Source of the DNA: a virus
DNA: 64,000 nucleotides
Direction: 5' to 3' (one strand)
IMG/VR virus record: IMGVR_UViG_3300025131_000005
Within the stretch, counting starts at the first letter, position 1. Each line of letters begins with the position of its first letter. The translations under genes and the position numbers were made by a program. Shown piece after piece: positions 30,811 to 40,408 of this stretch. The notes under the pieces were generated by a model. That model was given only the letters and a program-made list of their open reading frames with translations. It was not told where the DNA came from and did no database searches.

Positions 30811-31676
30811 TGTGGCGCAAAATAAGATTTAATAAGAAATCCTCCAAAAAGCTCGGCTGGACACCTGAATGGTTCGGTCTATCTGAATTTGATGCAGATT
30901 TAATTGACGAAGTATTAATCTTTCAAAAGAATCATGATTTAAAACAAGATGGAATGGTAGGCATAAATACGTTTAGAAGATTGCAACTGTATCGTGAATT
31001 AAATATTTTTGAGGATGAAAACAAGATATTGATTAATGGAAAGAAACGTTCCATTGGCTGGCACAAAGTCAAGCTTGATTTAATATCAAGTAATTGCTAT
31101 CGAAGCGTGAGGGCACCACGAAAGCCACACGTAATAGTTACTCACTTTGACGTTTGCACGAGTGCTGAATCTTGCAAGCGTGTTTTAGAAAAACGCGGCA
31201 TTTCAACTCACTTTATTATTGATAACGACGGCACAATTGTGCAATTAGTTGATACAAATCACATAGCATGGCATGCCAAGAGTGCTAATAAGTATGCCAT
31301 TGGTATTGATATTTCTTCAGCGTATTATACTAGATATTTGAATACTTATACGAAGAAAGGCTTTGAGCCAAGACCGATTATAACTGATAGCGTTGTTCAC
31401 GGTCGAAGTTTAGATGCACATTTAGGATATTATCCTGAACAAATTCAAGCGTATAAGGTGCTGGTACGCTATTTATGTAAAGCATATAATATTCCTTTGG
31501 ATTATCCCAAAGATGCAAATGGTAAACTATCAACTACAGTGAACAAAGACGCAGCTAAAAATAAATTCCGAGGCATTGTTAATCATTATAACTTAACACG
31601 TAATAAAATTGATACAGTTGGTTTAAAAATTGATGAAATTGTCGAGAGTATTAAAACATTAGAAAGGGAGAATTGA
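30807..31676 (+). CDS. N-acetylmuramoyl-L-alanine amidase with a peptidoglycan-binding domain (endolysin)
   Basis: FQKNHDLKQDGMVG (PG-binding); STHFIIDNDGTIVQLV, AWHA, IGIDI and VNHY amidase_2 motifs. Confidence 0.85.
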   Translation: MMWRKIRFNKKSSKKLGWTPEWFGLSEFDADLIDEVLIFQKNHDLKQDGMVGINTFRRLQLYRELNIFEDENKILINGKKRSIGWHKVKLDLISSNCYRSVRAPRKPHVIVTHFDVCTSAESCKRVLEKRGISTHFIIDNDGTIVQLVDTNHIAWHAKSANKYAIGIDISSAYYTRYLNTYTKKGFEPRPIITDSVVHGRSLDAHLGYYPEQIQAYKVLVRYLCKAYNIPLDYPKDANGKLSTTVNKDAAKNKFRGIVNHYNLTRNKIDTVGLKIDEIVESIKTLEREN

Positions 31677-31690
31677 TTGTGAGATTTGAT

Positions 31691-33169
31691 ATGTCCGAAG
31701 ATCAGATAGACGAAGCATTAAAAAGCTCCAGAAAGTCGAAAGAGGAATCTAGTTCTTTTGATTTGCTGGCTGAGATAGAGAAGAGATTCCGCGAAGTAGG
31801 CGAAGATGTTTCATTGCTTAAGGAAGAATCTAGATTTAGTGTGACAATTCCTATACCGAAGCTTACTCCCTCAGAAGCCTGGGGAGATCCGGACTCTCAA
31901 AGTAGAGAGGAAATAAAAAGAGTATTTTCCGCCATTACCGGTGGTAAAGATATTCGCCAAAGAATCCAAAGTATAAATAAATTTCTTACTCCTGCGTCCG
32001 CTCGCAAAAAGAAATCGCCAGCGGTAATTCTCAATATGATGATGATTACTGAAGCACTTCAAGCGACATTAAATGACTACAATGAAAGTGCAGCAGGATT
32101 TGTTTTTGAGGGATTTATGGCAGCATTGACTGGCGGTAAACAGATTGCTGGTAAGGTTGCTGGCACTCTCCCTATTGAAGACTTCGTTGCCTTTTCTGAG
32201 TTTGGTGCTGATCAACCAGTTAGCCTGAAACTCTTGAGCGGGAAGACTCCTGTGAAAGGGAGCTTTACAAATTTGGTTGATTTTCTCTTAGTCAGAGGTG
32301 CACCAGCAATTAAATACTTGGTGGCTTATAAATTGACATCTGGCAAAGGGAGCGTTGAAAAAATTAATATAATTGTCTTCGATATCACAATAGATAATTT
32401 TATCGATTTTATGGAAGGGGTGGGTGGAGGATCTTCGTTGATTCGTAATACTGCTGTGTCGAAACACGGCAATAAGAAGAAATATCGCGAACGCTATGGG
32501 ACATCCGATAGTAGTGAACTTGCACGCCTAGCTTTTAAGACATTCGCAGAGAAAGGCAAGGAATCCCTTCCAGAGATAGCTCCTCTTATCGCGGATTTTT
32601 ATGGGTACCAAAGAGCCGGATTGCTTCACAACTTTATTAGGACTGGAGAATTACCTACGGAACGCTCACCGGAAGAAGAGGAGGCAGAACTCGCGAAACG
32701 TTCGGACACCAGGGCAAAAGATTACGATAGAACGAAGTGGTATGTGGAGCAGCAGGATAGCCTTGCGGAGGCCACTCACCAACACTTAGACAACAAGCAG
32801 CTAACTTTAAATGAGGCATTTCATTATCTAGAGAAAAGGGCGTTGTTGTCAGAAGCAGCGGGTGAGAGTCAGTGGGCAGCATCTTTAGCTCAATTAGAAA
32901 AGCTTCGCCGCGCAATCAATCTAGAATCATATGGAGAGCTAGATTTATCTCAATCCAATATCGATCAATTAACAGAGATATATTCTGAGATACTGGGGGA
33001 CGAAATTAAGGCGCTCCTATCAAAGACTAAAGACTTGACTGAAAATATTGGAAAATATTATTCTGAAAAAAGAAGAAGCAAAGCCCAAGCAGCTGGACAA
33101 GCTGCACGCGTGGAAGCTGATGGAATTAAACAAGTTCTGGAAGGCGACCCAAGATACAAGAAAGATTAA
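31691..33169 (+). CDS. Hypothetical protein, possibly virion-associated, with a nuclease-like core
   Basis: GFVFEGF...PIEDF...VSLKL resembles a PD-(D/E)xK variant; several L-x-E sites at both ends. Confidence 0.45.
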   Translation: MSEDQIDEALKSSRKSKEESSSFDLLAEIEKRFREVGEDVSLLKEESRFSVTIPIPKLTPSEAWGDPDSQSREEIKRVFSAITGGKDIRQRIQSINKFLTPASARKKKSPAVILNMMMITEALQATLNDYNESAAGFVFEGFMAALTGGKQIAGKVAGTLPIEDFVAFSEFGADQPVSLKLLSGKTPVKGSFTNLVDFLLVRGAPAIKYLVAYKLTSGKGSVEKINIIVFDITIDNFIDFMEGVGGGSSLIRNTAVSKHGNKKKYRERYGTSDSSELARLAFKTFAEKGKESLPEIAPLIADFYGYQRAGLLHNFIRTGELPTERSPEEEEAELAKRSDTRAKDYDRTKWYVEQQDSLAEATHQHLDNKQLTLNEAFHYLEKRALLSEAAGESQWAASLAQLEKLRRAINLESYGELDLSQSNIDQLTEIYSEILGDEIKALLSKTKDLTENIGKYYSEKRRSKAQAAGQAARVEADGIKQVLEGDPRYKKD

Positions 33170-33189
33170 AACAAAATACTATTTTAACC

Positions 33190-33218
33190 TTGACAAACAA
33201 TGTCTTGGTTGCTATACT
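33190..33218 (+). promoter_or_regulatory. Sigma70-type promoter for groEL
   Basis: TTGACA-17 nt-TATACT. Confidence 0.7.
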
Positions 33219-33267
33219 ATTAAATGTATATACAAAATCTCTTTTAGGAGATTCTTAAGAGGTGACA

Positions 33268-34851
33268 ATGACAGAGCATATAAGCTCCAAGAAATTCCAA
33301 AATGGTACTCAGTTACAAACTCAAATATTAAAAGGAATCAATAACTTAGCAGATGTAGTGGGCTCTACTCTTGGTCCCAAGGGACGCAACGTTCTTATAC
33401 ATAAGAAAGATTTGAATCCGGTAATTACCAAGGATGGTGTAACTGTTGCCAAATTTATAGATTTTGATGATCCTTTCGAGAATGCTGGTGCCCAATTAAT
33501 TAAACAAGTTGCTTCCCAAACAAACAACGTTGCTGGAGATGGTACCACAACTTCTACTATTCTTGCAAGAGCTTTAGTTAATGGTGCACATAAATATATA
33601 ACTGCGGGCGCTAGCCCTATCGATCTTAAACGAGGCATGGACAAAGCCACAGAAGCTATTATAAAAAATCTCAAGGATATTTCTAGACCGATTGAATCTC
33701 AAGCAGACATTGAACATGTAGCTTCAATATCCGCTAATAATGATAGCTCAATTGGCAAGCTTATTTCAACTGCTGTTGAACAGGCTGGGCACGATGGTTC
33801 GATAACTGTTGAAGATGGAAGGTCCCTTGAGACAACTTTGGATGTGGTAGAGGGATTTCGCTTTGGTACTGGATATTTTGCTGGGGCCTTTGTGACTAAC
33901 CAAAGACGCGGATCAGTAGAATATGACGATCCTTATATCATGGTTACTGATTACAAAATAGAATCTGTACAGGATATATTACCAGCTTTAGAATTAATCT
34001 CGCGGGAAGGAAAGCCATTTATCATAATAGCAGAGGAGGTTGAAGGGCAAGCCCTGGCTGCTTTAATTATGAATACAGTCCGGGGAACAATGAAGGTTGC
34101 AGCTGTCAAAGCACCTGGCTATGGGCAGGAACGAAGAGAGATCTTAAGTGATCTTTGTTTATCTTTAGGGGCTACTTTTATTAGTCGCGAATCTGGGAAA
34201 AAATTATCTGAGGTTAAATTAGTTGATTTTGGTAACTGTAATAAAGCTGAGATATTAAAGAATAATACAACCTTGGTAGGCGGCTCTGCTGATTGGGAAA
34301 AAGTGGACGATAAGATTAGTACGTTAAAAGAACTTATTAGCACCACGGATAATTTACAACAATGTGAAAGAATACAAGAAAGGATAACGAGATTAGCTAG
34401 CGGAGTAGCTATTATTAGGGTCGGTGCACCAACGGAAGTAGAAATGATAGAAAAAAGACATCGAATTGAAGATGCCCTTGAAGCCATTCGTTCTGCTCAA
34501 GAAGAAGGAGTCCTTCCGGGGGGAGGTATAGCTCTTTTGCAGGCGGCTAAGGATTTAGAAATAGAAGTAGAAAACGAAGATGAACGTTTTGGAGTTGAGA
34601 TTGTAAAAAAAGCTTGTGCTTCACCCCTACGACAGATGGCAGATAATGCCGATCTCTCTGCGGATTTACTTATCGACAAAATTGAAAATAGTAAAGAACA
34701 AAATGGTTATAATTTTCGGACAGATGAAATGGTTGATTTGTATGATGCCGGAATAATGGATCCGGCCAAAGTAACTCGCGTGGCATTACTTAACGCCGTT
34801 TCTGTAGCTTCGATATTAATAACAACCAATCATGCAATAGTGGAGATTTAA
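33268..34851 (+). CDS. groEL: Chaperonin GroEL
   Basis: TLGPKGRNV, ITKDGVTVA, AGDGTTT, KAPGYG, ERITRLASGVA and GVLPGGG motifs. Confidence 0.97.
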   Translation: MTEHISSKKFQNGTQLQTQILKGINNLADVVGSTLGPKGRNVLIHKKDLNPVITKDGVTVAKFIDFDDPFENAGAQLIKQVASQTNNVAGDGTTTSTILARALVNGAHKYITAGASPIDLKRGMDKATEAIIKNLKDISRPIESQADIEHVASISANNDSSIGKLISTAVEQAGHDGSITVEDGRSLETTLDVVEGFRFGTGYFAGAFVTNQRRGSVEYDDPYIMVTDYKIESVQDILPALELISREGKPFIIIAEEVEGQALAALIMNTVRGTMKVAAVKAPGYGQERREILSDLCLSLGATFISRESGKKLSEVKLVDFGNCNKAEILKNNTTLVGGSADWEKVDDKISTLKELISTTDNLQQCERIQERITRLASGVAIIRVGAPTEVEMIEKRHRIEDALEAIRSAQEEGVLPGGGIALLQAAKDLEIEVENEDERFGVEIVKKACASPLRQMADNADLSADLLIDKIENSKEQNGYNFRTDEMVDLYDAGIMDPAKVTRVALLNAVSVASILITTNHAIVEI

Positions 34852-34853
34852 AT

Positions 34854-35273
34854 ATGAAAGTGACAATTCAATATGCAGTCGACTTAGGGGAAGTACCCTT
34901 TAAAGTGGAGGAACTTTATAAGGAATGTTTAGAACAATTGGAAACATTGAATTCTTCAGCTTCATCTTTGAATGTGTTTACTCCTGATATATTCGTTGAA
35001 CGGATTGATTCTCTCAGGGGTAAGATGGTCGACATTGATTCTAAATTAGAAGAATGTGCTGCTTTGATGAAAGGCTACTCAGAAGCATTGAAACAAGATG
35101 GCAATACAGCCTTTCCTCCCACGCAACCACAATTAGAATTACCAGATATCGAGAATTCCATCGAAGAAACTCAAGAAATACCCAAAGAGGCACCCCAATT
35201 TGAAATAAAAGATACAATACCAATGTCGATACCCGATCCTTCTGAGTGGCTTAAAAAAATGGAGAACAAATGA
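34854..35273 (+). CDS. Hypothetical protein
   Basis: 139-aa coupled ORF after groEL. Confidence 0.55.
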   Translation: MKVTIQYAVDLGEVPFKVEELYKECLEQLETLNSSASSLNVFTPDIFVERIDSLRGKMVDIDSKLEECAALMKGYSEALKQDGNTAFPPTQPQLELPDIENSIEETQEIPKEAPQFEIKDTIPMSIPDPSEWLKKMENK

Positions 35274-35485
35274 TGATGAAATCCATTGGAGAGTTAGTAT
35301 ATGTTCCTTCTTCTACGAGCTTGGTGAGCTATCATGCCAATGGGAATCCGCATCGAGTTCTTTCTTTGCCGGAGCCAAAATATCTTTTAGTAAAGGAAGA
35401 AAAAGATAATAAACTAGGGGTATTTTTAGATGGAAACATTTGGTATGTTGATAAAAGAAAGGTGTATGATGTTAAATCTGATTAA
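35270..35485 (+). CDS. Small beta-barrel (KOW/SH3-like) protein
   Basis: KSIGELVYV start resembles the MKVGDLV family; beta-rich. Confidence 0.4.
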   Translation: MMMKSIGELVYVPSSTSLVSYHANGNPHRVLSLPEPKYLLVKEEKDNKLGVFLDGNIWYVDKRKVYDVKSD

Positions 35486-35762
35486 ATTGGCGGAAATAAG
35501 AGAACATACGCAGCATTGGAGATCTAATGAGAAATTTTATGATTTGAGGGAAGTTCTAATTAATCCCAACAGTGTTGTTATGTTGTACGAGGATGAAGAT
35601 ATCAAAGATAAACTAAATGAATTTAATAAATGGCCAGAAGGTCTTGACAAAAGAAGTATTTTTACAAAGATTTATCTGAATAATGGTACGCAAAACAGTC
35701 CCTTATATTTATATGTGGTAGGGACGCTAGATTTAATTGGTAAAAAGCTAGGAAGTCATTAA
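35466..35762 (+). CDS. Hypothetical protein
   Basis: Coupled ORF in the operon. Confidence 0.5.
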   Translation: MMLNLIKLAEIREHTQHWRSNEKFYDLREVLINPNSVVMLYEDEDIKDKLNEFNKWPEGLDKRSIFTKIYLNNGTQNSPLYLYVVGTLDLIGKKLGSH

Positions 35763-35763
35763 A

Positions 35764-36024
35764 ATGAAGACTGAGTTTATTCTTTACATCCGAAATAGTT
35801 GTCCTTTTTGTATTAAAGCAAAGGTTTTATTAGAAGAAAATCATTATCCGTTTAGATCGTTAGCACTAGATGACTACCAGCATATATTAGAGGGAATAAA
35901 GGATCTTTACGATTGGCAAACCGTTCCTATGATATTTAAGAAGGATGGTAATAATTATCATTTAATAGGGGGCTATAGTGATTTAGTTGCCTATCTTCGA
36001 CAGAAAGAGGGATTAAATGTCTGA
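35764..36024 (+). CDS. grx: Glutaredoxin
   Basis: CPFC active site, QTVPMIF, LIGGYSDL. Confidence 0.92.
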   Translation: MKTEFILYIRNSCPFCIKAKVLLEENHYPFRSLALDDYQHILEGIKDLYDWQTVPMIFKKDGNNYHLIGGYSDLVAYLRQKEGLNV

Positions 36025-36376
36025 TGAGAAAGCCAAGGGAACATACACCCTAGACGTGGCCTATACTCATAACATGCTTGATAAATCAGGACAACAACTC
36101 GAATTTATCGCTGACTTATTATCTATAGAAACTCGCGAAGATCCAATGTATACCAGGGTTATCACTTTGTTGTGTGATTCCTTCTCAGCAAATTATCACT
36201 TATGGAAAATTTTGAGTGTCAATTTAGATAATAATTTGTTTTATGACGAGGAAACGAAACAGAGTTATATTTTATTAGGTGAGAAAGATATAACGATGCT
36301 AGAACAAGCAGTCATAGCCAGGACTTATACCGCAACAGAGTTATCTAAATTAAATTATTCTTTACGTCTTCATTAA
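36017..36376 (+). CDS. Hypothetical protein
   Basis: 119-aa coupled ORF. Confidence 0.5.
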   Translation: MSDEKAKGTYTLDVAYTHNMLDKSGQQLEFIADLLSIETREDPMYTRVITLLCDSFSANYHLWKILSVNLDNNLFYDEETKQSYILLGEKDITMLEQAVIARTYTATELSKLNYSLRLH

Positions 36377-36466
36377 AAAAATATATTTTTTCTCTTGACT
36401 GCTTCCTGATGGTGCTTATTGTTTAAACAATGCGAAAGTTGCCGCAAGGAACAATCGCTTAAGTAA

Positions 36467-36494
36467 CTTGCTTTTAAAAGGAGAAAATATTATG
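36467..36494 (+). promoter_or_regulatory. ROSE-like SD-sequestering hairpin upstream of hsp20
   Basis: CTTGCTTTTAAAAGGAG folds with a bulged G opposite the SD (UUGCU/AGGA). Confidence 0.45.
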
Positions 36495-36923
36495 AGTACT
36501 GCACTTACAAATTACCGTCCGAGCCTACTGGGCCGAGGCGTATTCGATGAGATTTTTGATTCTATGTTGGATTTCCCTTCGTTGATGAATCGCACAACGC
36601 AGGGGTATCCCGTAGCAGATATCTATCGTGACGACGGCGGGAATACCGCAATGGAGTTTGCATTAGCTGGATTTTCCAAGGACGATCTCTCTATCGAGAT
36701 TAAGCCTGAAAAGAATTCTATTACAGTTAGCGCTACCCAAGGAGAAGATGATAAGAAGAAAGGATTTCACCGCATTGCGCGACGAAACTTTTCCAAGACT
36801 TATATTAATTATGACAATAATTTAGATCTTGGCAATGCTACTGCTGAGTTCGAGAATGGTCTTCTTCGTTTGGTGGTGCCGGTTAAACCAGAGGTTAAGC
36901 CTTTAACTATTTCGATTAAGTAG
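36492..36923 (+). CDS. Small heat-shock protein Hsp20
   Basis: YPVADIY, EFALAGFSKDDL and ATAEFENGLLRL motifs, with a C-terminal I-x-I (ISIK). Confidence 0.92.
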   Translation: MSTALTNYRPSLLGRGVFDEIFDSMLDFPSLMNRTTQGYPVADIYRDDGGNTAMEFALAGFSKDDLSIEIKPEKNSITVSATQGEDDKKKGFHRIARRNFSKTYINYDNNLDLGNATAEFENGLLRLVVPVKPEVKPLTISIK

Positions 36924-36976
36924 AAAGTTAGTGTTTTGATCAGCCCTTTAACCTAGTTATCTATGAGGGTAAAAAA

Positions 36977-37162
36977 ATGGCTAAGGTTAAAGGGCGATCA
37001 ATACTCACTCCTTCATCTTCCAAGAAAACGAGCCAAGGCAATGGCAAGTTTAGCAAAAGCCCATCGGCAGGCGGCGAAGCGTTCACGGGAACCCAGCGTA
37101 GAGGAAGTCCCCCGAGCAAAGCACGGCGGCGTAAAAAACCCTACAGAGGACAAGGAAAATGA
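36977..37162 (+). CDS. Small basic protein
   Basis: K/R/S-rich, 61 aa, ending RRKKPYRGQGK. Confidence 0.5.
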   Translation: MAKVKGRSILTPSSSKKTSQGNGKFSKSPSAGGEAFTGTQRRGSPPSKARRRKKPYRGQGK

Positions 37163-37455
37163 AGTCCGACGCGGATAAACTTAAAGATTTAAAATTAGAA
37201 AATGAGATGCTTATCACCACGGTTCATGAATTATATGACCTTGTAAAGGATTTACGTTCCGAGAACAAAGATTTAAAACAACAATTGGAGATAATTGAAG
37301 ATGTCTGAGAACGAACGCCCATATTTAGAAATTCCGCTCCCTCCTCCTGAGTGGATTGAATATCATCAAAGACTCAAGGAAGAGGATGAGAAAAGAAAAA
37401 ACAAAGAAAGTGAAAAAAGTATTGACATTGACGGAAATGTGATTATAATTGATAT

Positions 37456-37650
37456 ATGAAAATTGAAGATTATATTGTTAATCACGCCAAGAGAGGTTGT
37501 TACGAAGTTCTATTGGAAGAAGGAGAGCAATTGCTTTATCTGACCAACTTCCGTAACCCAAGAGCAGCAAAGAAATTTATTGAGGAGCACAAGAGAGGCA
37601 ATGTGCGTATCGATCCTGATACTTGTATTCCTACACCTGATTTTGAATAA
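37456..37650 (+). CDS. Hypothetical protein
   Basis: ORF following a TTGACA/TATAAT-like promoter. Confidence 0.5.
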   Translation: MKIEDYIVNHAKRGCYEVLLEEGEQLLYLTNFRNPRAAKKFIEEHKRGNVRIDPDTCIPTPDFE

Positions 37651-37727
37651 GCCTTCGTAGCTCAGTTGGATAGAGCAACGGCCTTCTAAGCCATGGGTCA
37701 CAGGTTCGAGTCCTGTCGGAGGTACCA
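37651..37727 (+). tRNA. trnR: tRNA-Arg(TCT)
   Basis: Cloverleaf with TAGCTCAGTTGGATAGAGC D-arm, CTTCTAA anticodon loop, GGTTCGAGTCC T-arm and encoded CCA. Confidence 0.93.
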
Positions 37728-37873
37728 AAGAATGAATAACGATAAAAAAATACAAGATATGATCTTAGAAAATGAGCAGCTTAAAAAGCACATACAAACG
37801 TTATACTTTCAAATAAGATCACTTGAAAGAGGGTGTGCTTGCTACATGAATAATTGCAAGAATACGGAAAATC

Positions 37874-38104
37874 ATGTTCAAAAAAAAGAAGAATAGTTTG
37901 AAAAAGTTATTGACATTTATACTGATGGTGTTTATAATACAGGGGTGTTTAGAAATAGATCATAGAGGAGCATTACCTGCGCCTGTTTCGTGGAAGGGCA
38001 AAATACCTCCCCCCCAAATAGAAGTAGTAGAAGTTATTGACCAAGATAACATTGAGGGTCTTTATGATGTAGCACCTAAATCAATTTCGATCGATTTCGA
38101 TTGA
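37874..38104 (+). CDS. Putative lipoprotein
   Basis: Basic N-terminus, hydrophobic stretch, IQGC lipobox-like motif. Confidence 0.45.
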   Translation: MFKKKKNSLKKLLTFILMVFIIQGCLEIDHRGALPAPVSWKGKIPPPQIEVVEVIDQDNIEGLYDVAPKSISIDFD

Positions 38105-38286
38105 TTTTGGTTGCACACCATTTTAATAAATTACATGACAAGGAGTAAAATTATGTATAACACTGATAAAAAGATTGGAAAATTTAGTTCCGATGATATT
38201 TTTCTTTTGAAGATTATCGGCGCATGCACGTTGGCAGGAGCTGTGTGCTGGATAGGTTTTCTGTAGGATTTAGTTAGGAGAAATTA

Positions 38287-38601
38287 ATGAAAAAATTATT
38301 ACTAATAACAGCTGCACTTTTGCTATCTTTCTCAAGTTGCATAGTACGCGATGCCTCCACTCCCACTATTGATTATGAATACGATGATAGTAATTTTTAT
38401 GATTACGATGATGTCATTGTATCTGATTATTTGTGGTGTGAATATAGTTCACCGTATTACAGAACACCAGAGTTTTGTGAAGAAGATTTTTATGGTGAGT
38501 TTATTTGTTGTACGTGGGAGGTAGGCTATGATTGTTACGAAGATTGGTGTGCCTGGTATGATACCTGCGAGTGGTATTTTGATATCGATATATGTTATTA
38601 A
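38287..38601 (+). CDS. Cys/Trp/Tyr-rich putative lipoprotein
   Basis: MKKLLLITAALLLSFSSC signal/lipobox; acidic, Cys-rich C-terminus. Confidence 0.6.
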   Translation: MKKLLLITAALLLSFSSCIVRDASTPTIDYEYDDSNFYDYDDVIVSDYLWCEYSSPYYRTPEFCEEDFYGEFICCTWEVGYDCYEDWCAWYDTCEWYFDIDICY

Positions 38602-38619
38602 CATAATTGAGGATAGTCC

Positions 38620-38835
38620 GTGACAGAAAAGAAACCCAAGATACCTTCATTTCTGTTTAGGATATATATATCCCGCCGCGAAGCAAAACTGATTTTGAAT
38701 CGTTTAAATTTAACTGATGCAGAAATTGAAGAGAAGCCTTGGAAGGGCCGATTACAACAAAATTTAGTTGATTTAATTAAGCGCTCTCTGGTCAAGAAAG
38801 ATGAGAAAATAATGGAGAAGAAAGATGCTAGCTGA
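38620..38835 (+). CDS. Hypothetical protein
   Basis: Coupled ORF before purA. Confidence 0.45.
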   Translation: MTEKKPKIPSFLFRIYISRREAKLILNRLNLTDAEIEEKPWKGRLQQNLVDLIKRSLVKKDEKIMEKKDAS

Positions 38836-39808
38836 TGTAGTTTTGGGATTGCAATATGGTGATGAAGCTAAGGGAAAAGTTACTCATTATTTGACTAAGT
38901 TTAAACACTATACCCACGTATTGAGATTTAACGGAGGCTGTAATGCAGGCCACACCATTTATCATAATGGTAAGAAGTTTGTCACTCATCATATTCCGGC
39001 TGGTGTTTTTTATGGTATTAAATCTATCATAGGACCGGGCTGTGTGGTTAGTCCCAAACATTTTTTTAAAGAAATAGAACAACTTAAAGCGGGTGGTATT
39101 GACGTTGAAGGAAAGATTTTTATAGCTGAAAATACACATGTAATAATGGAAGAACACATGGCGGAAGAGGCATCTGAGAGCAAGATTGGTACAACGAAAC
39201 GAGGCAACGGGCCTGCCTACCGTGACAAATATAATAGAACCGGTGTCAGAGCTTCTGAAATTCCTTCTCTTAAGCCCTATCTTATTAATTTATATGAAGA
39301 ATTTCATGGAGATACTTGTGTCAATATATTGTGTGAAGGCGCACAAGGCTTTGGATTAGATATTGACTGGGGTGATTATCCCTTTGTAACATCCAGTCAT
39401 TGTGGTCTAGGAGGAGTATTTTTGAACGGTGTTTCTCCTCATTGGATTAGAGATGTGTGGGGGGTTGCTAAAATGTACGAAACGTATGTAGGGTCCAAAT
39501 CCTTTGAGCCAGATCAAGCTGTTTTCCAATCTTTGCGTGATGTAGGCGAGGAATACGGTGCAACGACAGGACGTCCACGGCAGTGTAACTGGATGAACTT
39601 GGATTTCCTTCAACGGAACGCAAGATTTAACTCTGTTAGCAAACTGGTGATCAATAAGGTTGACGTGCTAAGGGAGCTGGGACAATGGAAGCTTTACCAT
39701 AAAAATGAACTACTTGAATTTGAAAATGAAGCGCAAATGTGCGAATACATCTCTGGTGTACTAAATAAGGTAGAGGTCTTTTTTTCCGACGATAAGAACA
39801 GCATCTAA
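38825..39808 (+). CDS. purA: Adenylosuccinate synthetase
   Basis: GLQYGDEAKGK (Asp retained), GGCNAGHT, IGTTKRGNGPAY, EGAQG, YPFVTSS and EYGATTGRPR motifs. Confidence 0.93.
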   Translation: MLADVVLGLQYGDEAKGKVTHYLTKFKHYTHVLRFNGGCNAGHTIYHNGKKFVTHHIPAGVFYGIKSIIGPGCVVSPKHFFKEIEQLKAGGIDVEGKIFIAENTHVIMEEHMAEEASESKIGTTKRGNGPAYRDKYNRTGVRASEIPSLKPYLINLYEEFHGDTCVNILCEGAQGFGLDIDWGDYPFVTSSHCGLGGVFLNGVSPHWIRDVWGVAKMYETYVGSKSFEPDQAVFQSLRDVGEEYGATTGRPRQCNWMNLDFLQRNARFNSVSKLVINKVDVLRELGQWKLYHKNELLEFENEAQMCEYISGVLNKVEVFFSDDKNSI

Positions 39809-39812
39809 TCTT

Positions 39813-40040
39813 ATGAAACCAAAGAAGCTACAAAAGCGGCTAGCCTTGATTTCAAGAGCCAACGCTAAGATCAGTTATCTCAAAGAAGCAAATGTTTTCA
39901 CGACGGACTTGGAGGCGTTGAATATTTTACAAGAGATGGTCAGTGAACTACAAGAAACAATATCAGAAAATCTAAAACTTTCGAAAGAAATGCAGATCAG
40001 TAAATCTCTTGGAACGAGGAACAAGAGGAAACACAAATGA
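39813..40040 (+). CDS. Hypothetical protein
   Basis: 75-aa helical ORF. Confidence 0.45.
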   Translation: MKPKKLQKRLALISRANAKISYLKEANVFTTDLEALNILQEMVSELQETISENLKLSKEMQISKSLGTRNKRKHK

Positions 40041-40368
40041 AAGTATATATACCCAGTAAGGCAGATGAAATATTAGAGCAAGCAAAGAAGGAGCTTTATC
40101 TTTTGAAGACGGCTATCAAGACCGAAAGCGAAGAGAAGCTTAATACCCGTATTGATAAGATTCGACAGTTACTTATAGAGATGGAGGAATCTAAATAATG
40201 GACGAATACGACGTCGCCCAGAATTTACTTAAAAATATCTTAGCTAATATTAAAGTCATAAGAGAACTTTATTCATCACATCTAGAGGACTCCGACTTTG
40301 AATCTCTTCTTGAGGATGGAGACTTTAGCTGGTTCTTAGATATTTTAGATGAAATTGAAAATTAAAGC

Positions 40369-40396
40369 TTGACTTTTAAGACCGTGTGCATATAAT
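40369..40396 (+). promoter_or_regulatory. Promoter directly upstream of the atypical tRNA
   Basis: TTGACT-16 nt-TATAAT, ending 12 nt before the tRNA-like element. Confidence 0.7.
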
Positions 40397-40408
40397 ATTA
40401 AGAGAAAA

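Noticed and set aside
33219-33267. CIRCE element upstream of groEL
   Set aside because: Only a short AATCTC/GAGATT hairpin is present; it does not match TTAGCACTC-N9-GAGTGCTAA.
38825-39808. PurZ (2-aminoadenine Z-genome pathway)
   Set aside because: The P-loop is GDEAKGK with the PurA catalytic Asp, whereas PurZ has Ser here. No DatZ/MazZ-like partner is recognisable nearby.
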